NCBI RefSeq assembly: GCF_009914755.1
Contig: NC_060925.1
Source of the DNA: the human T2T-CHM13v2.0 reference genome, Homo sapiens
DNA: 64,000 nucleotides
Direction: 5' to 3' (one strand)
Shown piece by piece: positions 51,718 through 64,000 of this stretch. Every line of letters starts with the position of its first letter. Within the stretch, counting starts at the first letter, position 1. A model generated the notes under the pieces. That model ran no database searches and was not told where the DNA came from. It saw nothing but the letters and a program-made list of their open reading frames with translations. A program made the position numbers and the translations under genes.

Positions 51718-54700
51718 AGGATAATTTTTCTTTAGGAAAGATTTAGTAAGTATGTATGTAACCAAGAACATAATGACATAAATTGATTAGAAAGCAATTC
51801 CTTGAGTTCCAAATGGCTAAGGAGAGTGTTTAATGGTGTTGTATAAGATCCTATACTCTTATTTCAGGAAATCTGTTTTTTTTTTTCTTTTCAGGCAGAA
51901 ATTGACTCCTCCTACCAAAATGAATTTAAAATATTTTCTGCTCTCCAAAGTCAAGAATCTTGATCCTAATAGAACTGCCAGACAGGGTGTTCCAATTAGG
52001 CCTAGAAGCAATGCACCATACAACGACAGCCAGCTAAGGTATATTACAAAGAACATAAGCTTTCCATAGAAATCAGTTGAGAAAGATTCAGCATTCAATG
52101 GCTGTTCTTTGTACTTGACTGTATAAGTAGATTCTAAAATGTGTTAACACAAACCCTGAACTAGGAAGCAAATATCCCAGTATATAAACTTGAGGACAAA
52201 GGGAAATATTCCACAACAGCATAGATTATTTCCTAAGTAAAAATTAATGCCAGTTTCTTCAGGAAGAGTATGTGGGGACTCATAACCAGTGTATGCATGT
52301 TTTATGGTTAGTTGTATTCAGGTTTGTGAGGCAAACTATACATACTTCACATTGAGTATACTAGGTTTAGTCATTCTTAGCAAATTCTTTTGCCATTATT
52401 ATAAAGTCCCCGTATAAATAAGAATTAACAATTAACATATTCCTTCAGGTGGTTAGTGTCTGGAGTAGACTTTACCTGACTATTATAATTAAGATTCTGG
52501 CATCCAGAATCTTATATAAGATTGTATTAATGAAACATGCAACATATTATATCTTCAAAAAGATTATTTAAAGGAAATTTTAGAAGCCACTGACAGATAT
52601 CTTTAAAAGATATTTAAATGTCAGAAATCAGAGTAGAAAACATACTTTTAAAAAAGCATTTTTGTTATGTTTTGTTTTGTTTTTTGTCTCAGGCCAAAAA
52701 GTAATTGGCAGTATCTTGCAGCCATATGATCAAAGATTGATTAATATTATATATATGTTGTCCAGAAATAAGATAGCTTCTACAGGTGATATAATTTAGT
52801 AGTTAATCAAGAGATATTGCAACGGTACAAATAACCAGTTAAGATACTGAACAAATTGATGTGTAGACAGAATAAGAAATAAGAAACGCTGTGTAGAAGT
52901 AGAAATAATGCATTTGTCTGGAATCCTTTCCAGGAAATGGGGAGAGGGAAGAGATGCTATCACAACTGGCAGATGATTATTCATTTGTGATATATGTTGA
53001 GTTAGGATGCATTTAAGCATGGGTTATCTCATGTTTAAATTTGTCAAAGCATTGAGAAAGCACAGTACATACAATAGCATATATTTTAGCATCTTGAGTA
53101 AAAAGCATCTTGGAACAAAGTTGAGAGTGTTGTATACATGTCTACCCAGAGTCTGAAGCCACCACAAAAGGAAATAGACACATCAGTTTTACACAACATC
53201 TGCCACCACCAATAACCACTAGAGAAGGAAAAAGGGATAAATTTGAACATTTTCTCTAGAACTTCTGGCTGCTTTTGGCTTCAACCAGTCCTGAGAACAT
53301 GAAATAGCTTTCAGGAGGGAGAGGGAGATGTTGAAGTGCAAAAGTAATAGAGCAGCTCTTTGGTAGGGAATGAGTGGTAAAGTTAGGACCCTCTCAGCCC
53401 AGTGCCCAGCACCCTAAGGGAGACACATTTGCATCCAGGGAGCAGCAGATGGAGCAAGATGCAGCAAGAGAAGCTGCAGGGACCAGCCTGTGGAGGAGAG
53501 GCGGCTTAAGCAATACTCACAGACCATTCCCTGGGCCTGGCCCCACTAAGCCTTCCAGAGTTGAGAATCCTGCCTTGGGCGAGATCTGCTAGCCTCAGAA
53601 CAACATGTTGCCAGGGTAGAGGCGCTGAAGCAGGCAGCAGAACTGTCACCATGGCTGCAGGGGCAGTTCTAGAACTAGGAGCTGTGAAATCAACCAGGAA
53701 TGTAAGCCTGGTTTATGAAAAGTATATGCTATTATGATGGTTCATTGAACTGATTGCTAAAACCAGGAGTTTGTCAAGCCCCTTCTCCTAGTTGTCAGCT
53801 GGGAAACCAGAGGGACTATTGAGTAGGGAGTGTCAGAGAATCTAGGATTCCAACAACTGGGACATGTTCTCAGAGTAATAATGCTTCATGGTTTTTGGTA
53901 GGAAATGAGTTACCTGCATGGTTATTTTGCTTTGTCTAACTCAGATTAGTGGCCTATGAAACATCAGTGTCACAACAAAATTTAGTAGCACTCTACGGTT
54001 TAAAAGCACTTGCTCATTTAATGGATGGGGAAAATTTCTGAGAATTCATAAAAATGGTGTTGTGTGCATGTCTGAATGAGTGGCTGAGGGTAGGTGCCTT
54101 GTATGTGTGTGTTATGGGGAGGGGAGGACAATGGCATGAAACCAAGCAGATGGAGAACATATTAGATACATATATTAGATGTATTAGAACATCATCCTTC
54201 CGCTAGTAAATAGAGTACTGTGGGTTAAAGCAAGTCCCAGTGAAAGAGTTCTGCCCAGAAACACAACTCCAAAGGTGAAGTCTGAGGATTTAAGAAGACA
54301 TGGAGACCGAGTGGGAATTAAAATTTCATATGCCCAGAAAACAACAAGTAAGATAAGAGAGTAATTAATATAAAAGTAAAATGAGTTAATGTATATTGGA
54401 CATCTTTCAGATACCTGTGAAGTAAAAGAGCTATCAAACTGTAAGATGTCATTGAACATTAAGAACTTTATCTTTATTCACCTATTTTATGTGTTTCTTA
54501 ATTAACAGAAAATATAAAATTTGCTACCCCAGAAAAAAAATGACAGCATTAGCTCTGAAAAGGAGTCCTGCCAATTCCTGCAATTTGTGCTCAGACTGTC
54601 TATTCCATCCACACATTAGGAATGAGCAAGTAGCTCACTCAAGTAGTAGGAAGCTTCTTTTTCCAGCAGGATGCTTTGTATCACAAGTCATTTGGGGGAA

Positions 54701-55277
54701 GTTTTGACAAAATAAGTTATTTTGTAGGCCATAAGGTATAATACTGGGGAGTTTAAACATATTTTTTTTCTGGACAAAAGTACCATTCACATGATTTAGC
54801 TGATATTTTCCCCAAATTGGGAAGTATCCTAGACATGAATATTTGATATCTAATACAGTGATTTTGCCTGAATTCAATTCCCCTATATGTGATCTCCAGC
54901 TCTTTCTACAAACCACACTATTTCCCTTGAATAGCAGTTAACACTGATTTTTGTTGTTACTTAAAGATTACAATCAGAAGAAGTATATTTTTAAAATATC
55001 TGGCTTTGAACAAATTCCCATTTTATTTGTAATATCTACTGCTGTCCACAGTGGACTTAAAGCATAAAGATTTTTTCTTTCAACTTCACTCCCAAGTGAC
55101 ATCTTTCCCAACATATTCATATACACAAGTCACATTAAAATATATATAGCAAAGAATCCTCTAAACAGCTATTTCTCCCAACCTAACATCTGAGCTGCCA
55201 TATGTTATGAATGTTTTGAACTCACAGAGATTTTGTAGCAAGTCACAAACCTGCATGGTCTGAAAGCACATGACTGC

Positions 55278-55331
55278 ATCACTTCTCAGCCTTTTGGCTA
55301 AGATCAAGTGCAGTATTTGTTATTAGTTTAA
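55278..55331 (+). pseudogene. U2 snRNA 5' fragment (tailless retropseudogene)
   Basis: ATCaCTTCTCaGCCTTTTGGCTAAGATCAAGTGcAGTATtTGT..TAtTAGTTTAA matches U2 nt 1 to about 57. The TSD AAAGCACATGACTG is at 55263-55276 and 55330-55343. Confidence 0.92.
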
Positions 55332-56149
55332 AGCACATGACTGGAAAAATCTCCAACATCAGAAATTAGGGGCTAATGATACATATGCAAATAGAAAAAT
55401 GGATACAAATTAAATACAAAGCTAAATGATTCTTTTCAAATCATACCGAAAAATTTTTTTTTATTTTCTATGATTACCCTAACATCTAAACCAAAAAATA
55501 TTTTTAGGCCTCAGTAACTTGTGATCAGAATGTCTCAGTTGATTTGTATTTCTTCATTGAGAAAGTTTCTCAGAAGTTTCTTACCCATACTTTCATTTCT
55601 GGATACTAAAAATGAATAAAATCTTAGGTAAAATAAATAATTCCAACTCCCTCATTATTCTGAGAAATATATAGTTATTGCTTTGCTTAAGATAAAAAAA
55701 AAAAGACTGTCATTGGCAGAGCCAGCAAACTCAAATTTCTATATACCCAGTCTCCTGCTCTTTCCACAAGTCATACTCTTCCCATTGAACAAGACTTAGC
55801 AGATAACACTTGGAGTTTTGCATTTGGTTTATAAGGAATATTGACAACAAAGTGTTTTCAAAGGTGGGAAAATAGGAAAGTTAAAGAGCCTAGGACTTAA
55901 ACAATATGTAAAAAAAAAAAAAAAACAAGCTGGAGGATTGAGGAAGTGTAGTATATAATATAGAGAAGAAAAGGCTAAAAAAAATTGGCTCTTTTCAAAT
56001 ATTTAAGGGACTCGTAGTGGAATAAATATTCTTTGTTTATGCTTTTATAGGCGTGGTTTCAGAAGGCTGAACTAGTACCATTAAATTAGGGTTGTTATTG
56101 GGTGAGAAATAGATTTCAACTATGAAAAATTATACGAAAAAGGTTTTCC

Positions 56150-58380
56150 TGTTTTTTTTCTTATAAAATTTATTGATGAATAATTTAAGCACAATAAACT
56201 GCATCTATTTAAAAGGCACAATTTAATGAGTTACAATAGTTATATATATCTGTGAAATCACCACCTTAACAAAAAAAAAATACAGAACATTTCTAGGAAC
56301 CCCCCTCCCCCCGCCAAATTCTTCATTTCCTTTACAGTCAATTGTTCCACCTGCCCTTGGCTGCAGGCAAACACTGATCTGCTTTTTATTATTATATAGT
56401 AGTTGTATTTTATATAAACAGAATCATACATCATGTATTCTTTTGTGTCTGGTTTCTTTCATTTAGTCTAATGATTTTCAGATTTATCCCTATTGTTTTA
56501 TGTATGAATAATTCATTCCTTTTGCTGAATATTATTCAATATAGTTTAGTATTATTGGAGAATACTATTCCATATATGAATATAATACACTTTTTAATCC
56601 ATTCACGGGCTGACGGGCATTCGGGTTGTTTTCAGTTTGGAGTTATAGTGAATAACATTGCTATGAACATTCGTGTAAAAGTTTTTATATGGTCATATGT
56701 TTCCATTTATTTTGGGTATATACCTAGGAGTAGAATAACTAGATTATATGATAGGCAAATGTTTACCTTTTTAAGAAAGTTCCATATTGTTTTTCAAAGT
56801 AATTGTACCATTTTGCATTCCTGCCAGCTGTGTTTGAGTTCCAGTTAATTCTGCTTTGCCAACACTTGCTTTGTCAGTCTTTTCCATTTTACCCTTTCTA
56901 ATGGTTGTAATGGTATCTAATGACTAAAAAAGTTGAGCATCTTTTCATGTACTCAGTATCTTTTATAAAATGTTATTGAGGTGTCTTCTTATCGTTGAGT
57001 TGAGGTCTTTATCTAAATACCAGTCAGTCCTTTGTCAAATGCATGACAGAGAGTATTTTCCCCCATACTGTGGCCTGTCTTTTCATTTTCGTAATAGTGT
57101 CTTCCAAAGAGAAAATATTTCATGTTGATGAAATCTAATTCACAAATTTTTTCTTTCATGATTAATTTTTTTGTGTCTTATTCTAAGAAATGTTTGCCTA
57201 TGTCAAGTTGGTGAAGATTTGCACCTATCTTATTTTCCAGTAGTTTTGCAGTTTTAGCTTATCTTTAGGTCTGTCATACATTTCAGTTAATTTTCCATAT
57301 TATGTGACATAAGAGTAGATGTTCTTTTTTTCTTTTTGTTCCTATATGGACATCCAGATTTTCCAGCAGTTTGTTGATTTCATTTTCCCATTGAATTGTT
57401 TTGGCAACTTCACTGAAAAATCAATCAGCCATGTATGTGTGGTTCTGTTTCTGGACTATAATTCCATTAATGTAAATATCTATATTTTTATCTTATTTTT
57501 ATTTTTATACTTAAAGTGTATCTTCATATTTAGAGTACTTCCTTGTAGTCAGCAGGTGGTCACGTCTGCTTTTTAATCTAGTCTGATAATCTTTGTTTCT
57601 TCATTGGAGTGTTTAGTCAATTTATATTTAATGTAATTATTGATATGGTTGGGTTCAGTCTACTATTTTATTAATTTTCTACTTGTCATCTCAGTTTTCA
57701 TTTCTTCATTCTCCCTTTCCTGCCCTCTTTCAGATTATTAAACATTTCTTATATTTTTATTTGAATCTCTTAGCTTTTTTTTTTTTTTTTTTTGAGATAG
57801 AGTTTTGCTCTGTCACCCAGGCTGGAGTGCAGTGGTGTGATCTCGGCTCACTGCAACCTCCACCTCCTGGGTTCAAGAAATTCTCTGCCTCAGCCTCCCA
57901 AGCGCTTGCCACCACACCTGGCTAATTTTTGTATTTTTAGTAGAGACAGGGTTTTGCCATCTTATCCAGGCTGGTCTTGAAGTCCTGACCTCGTGATCCA
58001 CCCACCTCGGCCTCCCAAAGTGCTGGGATTACAGGCTTGAGCCACCGTGCCTGGCCTCTCTTCACTTTTTAATCATACCTTTTCACAGTTTTTAAAGTAG
58101 TTGCTTTAGGTATTGCAGTATATATCCTTAAACTTTTCACGGTCTGCTTAGAGTTAATATAGTACTTTTTGTAGCAATCTAGGTCTATTTACCCCCATTC
58201 CTGCCATAATTTATGTTATAGTTGTTCTATACATTACTTCTACATAATATTTTAAACCCCTCAAGGCAATGTTCTAATTTTTGCTTTTCAAAATTATATA
58301 TATTTTAAAGAAATTAATAGAAAAAATAGTTTTCCATAGTTACCCACATATTTTGCATTTCTCATGCTTCTCATTTCTTC
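56150..58380 (-). mobile_element. Old L1M fragments (antisense)
   Basis: Typical reverse L1M text (tttgggtatatacctaggagtagaat..ttgagcatcttttcatgt). Confidence 0.65.
57774..58055 (-). mobile_element. Alu with a small internal deletion
   Basis: Alu sequence lacking the gtagctgggattaca segment. Confidence 0.9.
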
Positions 58381-59501
58381 CTCCATACCAGAAGCAATAA
58401 ATTGGTATGTACAATGTTTATGTACAATAAACTGCACCTATTTAAAAGATACAATTTAATGAATTATGATAGTTGTATATATCAGTGAAATCACTACCTT
58501 AATAAAAATACAGAACACGACTTATTTTAAGTCTTGTATATTACTAAAATATTGGGCCAAGATATGTGATTTCCTTAAATACACCAAGACTTGTATAAAA
58601 TGTTCTTTCTAGTTTTATCCAAAACCAGAAAGTAAGATTATCTTCCAGTATCTTACTCTATGTACTCTAAATCACAAAGTCTCATATTCTGTAACTAACA
58701 AGGCTATACTTTCAGTGTGTTAATATGAACTTTCAAACAAATTTTGAGGATTATTGCTTTATAAACTTACTGCAAAAAGGAACTTCTGCCTTCATTTCTT
58801 TATAGTAACTACATCGCTCCCAACTTTCAATGTGTTTGCTTATTTATCATTAATAATTCGACTTAGAAAAAGAGGGAACAGAAAATCTTAAAGATATAGA
58901 CTTAGAAATCTTGGTCATTTAAAGATAAGTCAAAATTGGGGATAAAAATTCTCTGCAACTGTAATGTACAATGGTAGTTTCAAAAATCATAATTTTCAGA
59001 ATTTGAGAATATTTTACAATAAATGGTGTATGCAACCGTAGTATGAACAAAGTTCAACTATATATTTCTTTACTAATAGGTGTAAAATAATTTGAGTGAT
59101 TCTGTTTAACGTTCTCTATTCTTCCTGGATAGATACTGCCAAATATCCACCAACATCCATTTTTCTAATCTTTCGTATAAAGGAATTTATAACTGGGCTT
59201 ATCTCACTAGGGACAGCGTTTGTGACCCCAACTTGCAGTTAAGTGGAATAACACAACTGAGTTCCTGCCAATAAAATGTGATGAAAGTGAAGTGTGTCAC
59301 TTCTGATTCAGACATTCAGATACATTCTCTTTCCCACCAGTGACCCACTTTTAACCATGCAGATGGCAGCAATGCCCCAGGGATGACAGTACAATACGAT
59401 GGATGAAACATGGGTCCTTAAATTATCACCATCAGAAGGGTTGTCTGCTAGCCTGGGACAATCACAGCAGACTATTACTTGGGTGGAACAAACCTTTACT
59501 T

Positions 59502-59878
59502 CTGATATGGTTTGGTTGTATTCTCACCCAAAATCTCATCTTGAATTATAATCCCCAAAACCCCCACTTGTCAAGGGCGGGACTAGGTGGAGGTAATTGG
59601 ATCACGGGTGCAGTTTCCCTCATGCTGTTCTTATGATAGTGAGTGAGTCTCAAAAGATCCAATGGTTTTATAAGAGTCTGGCATTTCCTCTGCCTGCACT
59701 CACTCCATCCTGCCACCCTGTGAAGAAGGTGCCTGCTTCTCCTTTGCCTTCTGCCACGATTATTAAGTTTCCTGAATCCTCCTCAGCCATGTGGAACTGG
59801 GTCAATTAAGCCTCTCTCCTTTATAAATTACTCAGTCTCGGGTATTTCTTTATAGCAGTGTGAGAGCAGACTAATATA
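59502..59878. mobile_element. MSTA/THE1-like LTR nested in an older MLT1 LTR (about 59130-59940)
   Basis: Runs tgatatggtttgg..cccaaaatctcatcttgaatt..ttctttatagcagtgtgaga..ctaata. Confidence 0.78.
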
Positions 59879-60989
59879 CCTTCTTTTAAAAAAACTGAAT
59901 TTATGTAGTCTTTGTTTCAGCAGGCTAGCCTTATCCTAACACACCTTGGGTTCAGTCTCAGCGCTTCTAGGTGGTAATAAGGACAGGGAGAATAGTCAAA
60001 GCAGCAGATTCTACAATTCCATGTCCTTTACACAGGGCACCAGAAGAATGTGCACCTGTCATTCCAAGTGTAAGATTCCTTCTAGGCAGCTATGTGAGTT
60101 GATTAGGCAGAGAGACAATGTAGATACAAGTTATTGTCTACAGCAACTTTGACCAAGGTTGACAGAAGAAATAACAGATATGCTTAATTCCCAGTAGCTC
60201 TCTTACATGAGAAGACCAAAATTAACTGTCTTAAAATAACACATTCTTCACCTCCCGACCTTATTTTCTGAGACATAAACCCCACCCTCTTGTCCCCAGT
60301 CTTCTCCCAAAGCGAAGCTAAGTGTTTAGGAACACCATTTTGAACAACTCCAAGAGGTGGCATTCACATCAGAGTCTAATTACTGTTTCCTACATGTTTT
60401 TCTTTATTATAATTATTACCATTAAGTACAGCTTCCATTGTCAGGGATGTTGGGAAGTGGGTAAAACCTGAGGTTTTCCTGTGAGAATTTAACTCTTTTG
60501 GTGAAATATGTACTATATTCTTGACTTCCTTACTCTCGAGGGCAAAAGAATGCAAAATATTTTATAGTCCTGCCTGCCTTGTCTCTCTGTTTTGTTTCCC
60601 TCTCCTTAAAGTCTCACTGACCTGTACAGTATCTCAAGAATTCACTAACTTCCCAACAGTCTGCTTCAAATATTTAACCTTGATATATTTCTTCCTCTAA
60701 TACGATAGAGGCTCCATCTCAATTTTTCTTCTAATTACTATCTCCCTCACAAAAACCTCTTTCTTTGAAATCATGAAAGGCTGTTCCTTTTCCTACTTTT
60801 TTTTTAATCTCTGAATGCGACAGGATTCCTGATTAAGATGCCATTTTGTAACTCTTTCTGTTAGAATGCCCATTCCCTGGCAGTTCTTTGTTGAGCATTT
60901 CTCTAGTGACCTCATGGTCTGTCTTGGGTTCCAGATGTGTCAGAGATATCTGGAGCCTCACTAAATGTGTTTGTTCTTCTTCTGCACAG

Positions 60990-61368
60990 TGTTTACTACA
61001 TTTCCCAGTCCCGCTGTCTTTTACAGGATCAAGAGACTAATTCTTACTGTGTGATTGGAAGGGATGTGTCATCCCAGGGCCAAGGCGGTTAACAAATAGT
61101 ATGTCTTTTCCACTTTCTATTTGCTCCTTGGCTGTCCAGACAGAGGATCCAGGAGGAACTCAAGATCCTAGAAGAAAGCAGAGTCATGAGACAGAAAGAG
61201 CCTGAGTCCCTGAATCAAGTGGAAAGCCACGTGTCAAACATCTCATTAGACTGTTAAGTGCAAGAAATAAACTTTTGTTGTTTTAAGCCATTGAGATTTG
61301 GGAGCAGGGAGGTGAAGGGGAGGGGAGAACATTGTTACCACATTGTAGCTTCACCTACCCTAATACAC
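60990..61368. mobile_element. MLT1-type LTR
   Basis: Contains gagcctgagtccctgaat..aagaaataaacttttgttgttttaagccattgagattt..ctaataca. Confidence 0.6.
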
Positions 61369-62197
61369 CATGTAATTTTTCTTCAGTTATACCTGAATAT
61401 CCTCTAATTGGGATGTTAGAATAAAAGTAATTGTATGAAATTAATTAAATCACACAAAAGATAAATTTTAAACACTTTTTCTGAAATGTTTAACTCTAAT
61501 AATTTCTGCTACTAATTTTTCTTAATAAGTTGCTATTGAGGTTATAGCCACCAATGCCCTCTCACTAAGGAGAGAGATTTAGAGGTTTGGACGTCTTAAT
61601 TCTTAAGCAAATGCTTTAATTGAGTTCTAGCACACCTACATACAGAAAAGTACAAAAATCTTAAGTATATAGCTTCATGATTTTTTACAAAGTGAACACT
61701 TTTGTATTCCCATCCCATCCCACAATCAAGAAATAAAAAATCTCCCTCCAATACAACTTCCATAAATAAATATTGCCTGTACTTGAACTTTACATAAATT
61801 GAATCATATAATATGTACTCTTATGTTACTGCCTTCCTTTGCTCAATATTATGTTCATGCTTATGATTATTTCATGTAGTAGATTTGTTGACTTTCATTG
61901 CTGTCTAGTGTTCCAATTTAAGAATAAACCAAATTTGTTTATGCATTCTTTTGTTGATAGATATTTTGGTTTTTCCTGTTTGGGAGCTATTACAAATAAT
62001 GTTGCTGTGAACATTCATACACATGTTTCTTAGTGCACTTATGAATGTATCTCTGTCTGGTTTATAACTGGGAGCAGAATCTCTGGGTCATACAACATGC
62101 ACATGTTCAGTTTTAGCAGATACTGCCAAGCTATTTTTCAAAATGGTTGTACCAATTTACACTTTGACTAATTGCTCCACACCCTAGCTAATTCCAC

Positions 62198-62478
62198 TTT
62201 TTTTTTTTTAAGATAGTCTCACTCTGTCACCCAGGCTAGAGTGGAGTGGCACAATCTTGGCTCTCCGCCTCCCAGGTTCAAGCTATTCTCCTACCTCAGC
62301 CTCCAGAGTAGCTGGAACTACAGGTGCACACCACCTTGCCCAGCTAATTTTTGTATTTTTGGTAGAGGCGGGGTTTCGCCATGTTGCTCAGGATGGTCTC
62401 AACTCCTGAGCTCAGGTGATCCACCTGCCTCGGCCTCTCAAAGTGCTGGTATTACAGATGTGAGTCACCGCACCCTAC
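62198..62478 (-). mobile_element. Alu
   Basis: Alu sequence with poly(T). Confidence 0.88.
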
Positions 62479-62492
62479 CTAATTCTTGGTAG

Positions 62493-62962
<470 letters not shown>

Positions 62963-64000
62963 TAAATAAGGTCCTTTGATAAATGGAAATTCTTCATTTT
63001 AGTGATGCTCAATTTATCAATATTTTCCTTTTTGATTAGCTCCTGGTTTAAGAAATCTTGGCCTATCCCAGGTCATAAAGCTATATGTTATCTTCTAGAA
63101 GTGTTACTGCTTTCATTTGCACAAGTATTGATTTTGTGTATTAATTTTCCATATGAATATTCAATTAATCTGGCACTATTTATTGAAAAGACCACCTTTT
63201 CCCTCACAAAACTACAGGGGCACCTTTGTCATATACCAAAGGTGAGTTTGTTTTTGAGCTCTAGAGTGTTCCATTGTCTGTTTTTCTATCGTTATGCCAA
63301 TACCACATTGTCTAAATTACCACTTTAAAATAAGTCTTGGTATTCAGTAATAGAGGTTTTCTAACCTTATTCTTTAAGACTTCCTTTTTATATGAGATTC
63401 CATATAAATTTGAGAATTGGTTTGTCAAATTCCACAAAAAGTCCCGCTGGGATTTTTATTGGCATTGCATTGAGTCAACAGATTGATTTGGGGAGAACTG
63501 AAATCTTACAATATTGTTATTATCAGCTGATTTCCTGTTTATTAAATTTTAAATTTTGTCTTGTTTCATAAACTGGGATGTAAAGCTCAATGTTTATTCA
63601 TCTTATTTAATGCTGTATTCCAGAACTGAAGAATACTCGGCACATTGTGGGTTCTCAGTAAATATTTTTTGAAGCAGCAAATTAATATTCTACTGAGGTA
63701 CCTATTTTGCCCTCCTTACCCCCTTTTCTTGACCAGTCCTACTAATTCTTCAGATCTGAAATCATATGCTGTTTCCTCAGGGGATGATCCTTGACTGATC
63801 TCCCAGACAGGGTCAGGCTCCCCTGTTGCCTGTCCCTATTTTGACATCCTCCATTCTTACATTCATACTGTTGCATAATAAAACATTATACAGTAACTAT
63901 ATAATTATTTAGTATCAGTCTTCCATCTACAGTGTTAGCGCCCTGAGAATGAGGACCAAGTCTGTCTTAATTTCTAACTCACTTCTGCACTCCTAGTATC

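Noticed and set aside
53374-53592. 72-aa ORF in a locally GC-richer segment
   Set aside because: No homology recognised and no convincing splice or promoter context; likely an old LTR remnant or a chance ORF.

Overview
Human (primate) genomic DNA, repeat-rich and AT-rich. It contains the 5' half of the meiotic DEXH-box helicase gene HFM1 (MER3 orthologue) on the minus strand. A CpG-island promoter and non-coding exon 1 lie at about 47.2-47.5 kb. Coding exons 2-13 (17986-43709) splice into one open frame of 1685 nt; the gene continues off the left edge through an L1-filled intron of more than 17.9 kb. Most other ORFs in the track are L1 or Alu debris. Most notable structures: (1) a human-specific pre-Ta L1HS 3' end fused to an INVERTED ~365-bp 28S rRNA peptidyl-transferase-region fragment inside one 15-bp TSD, with microhomology suggesting twin priming on a second RNA; (2) a U12-type (minor spliceosome) GT-AG intron 6; (3) a full-length L1PA whose open antisense ORF0 has a donor in the same phase as HFM1 intron 13; (4) a tandem duplication carrying a dead half-copy of exon 3; (5) a tailless U2 snRNA retrocopy. 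There is no prokaryotic-type system or CRISPR array. Repeat subfamily names come from recalled consensus sequences, not from a search.
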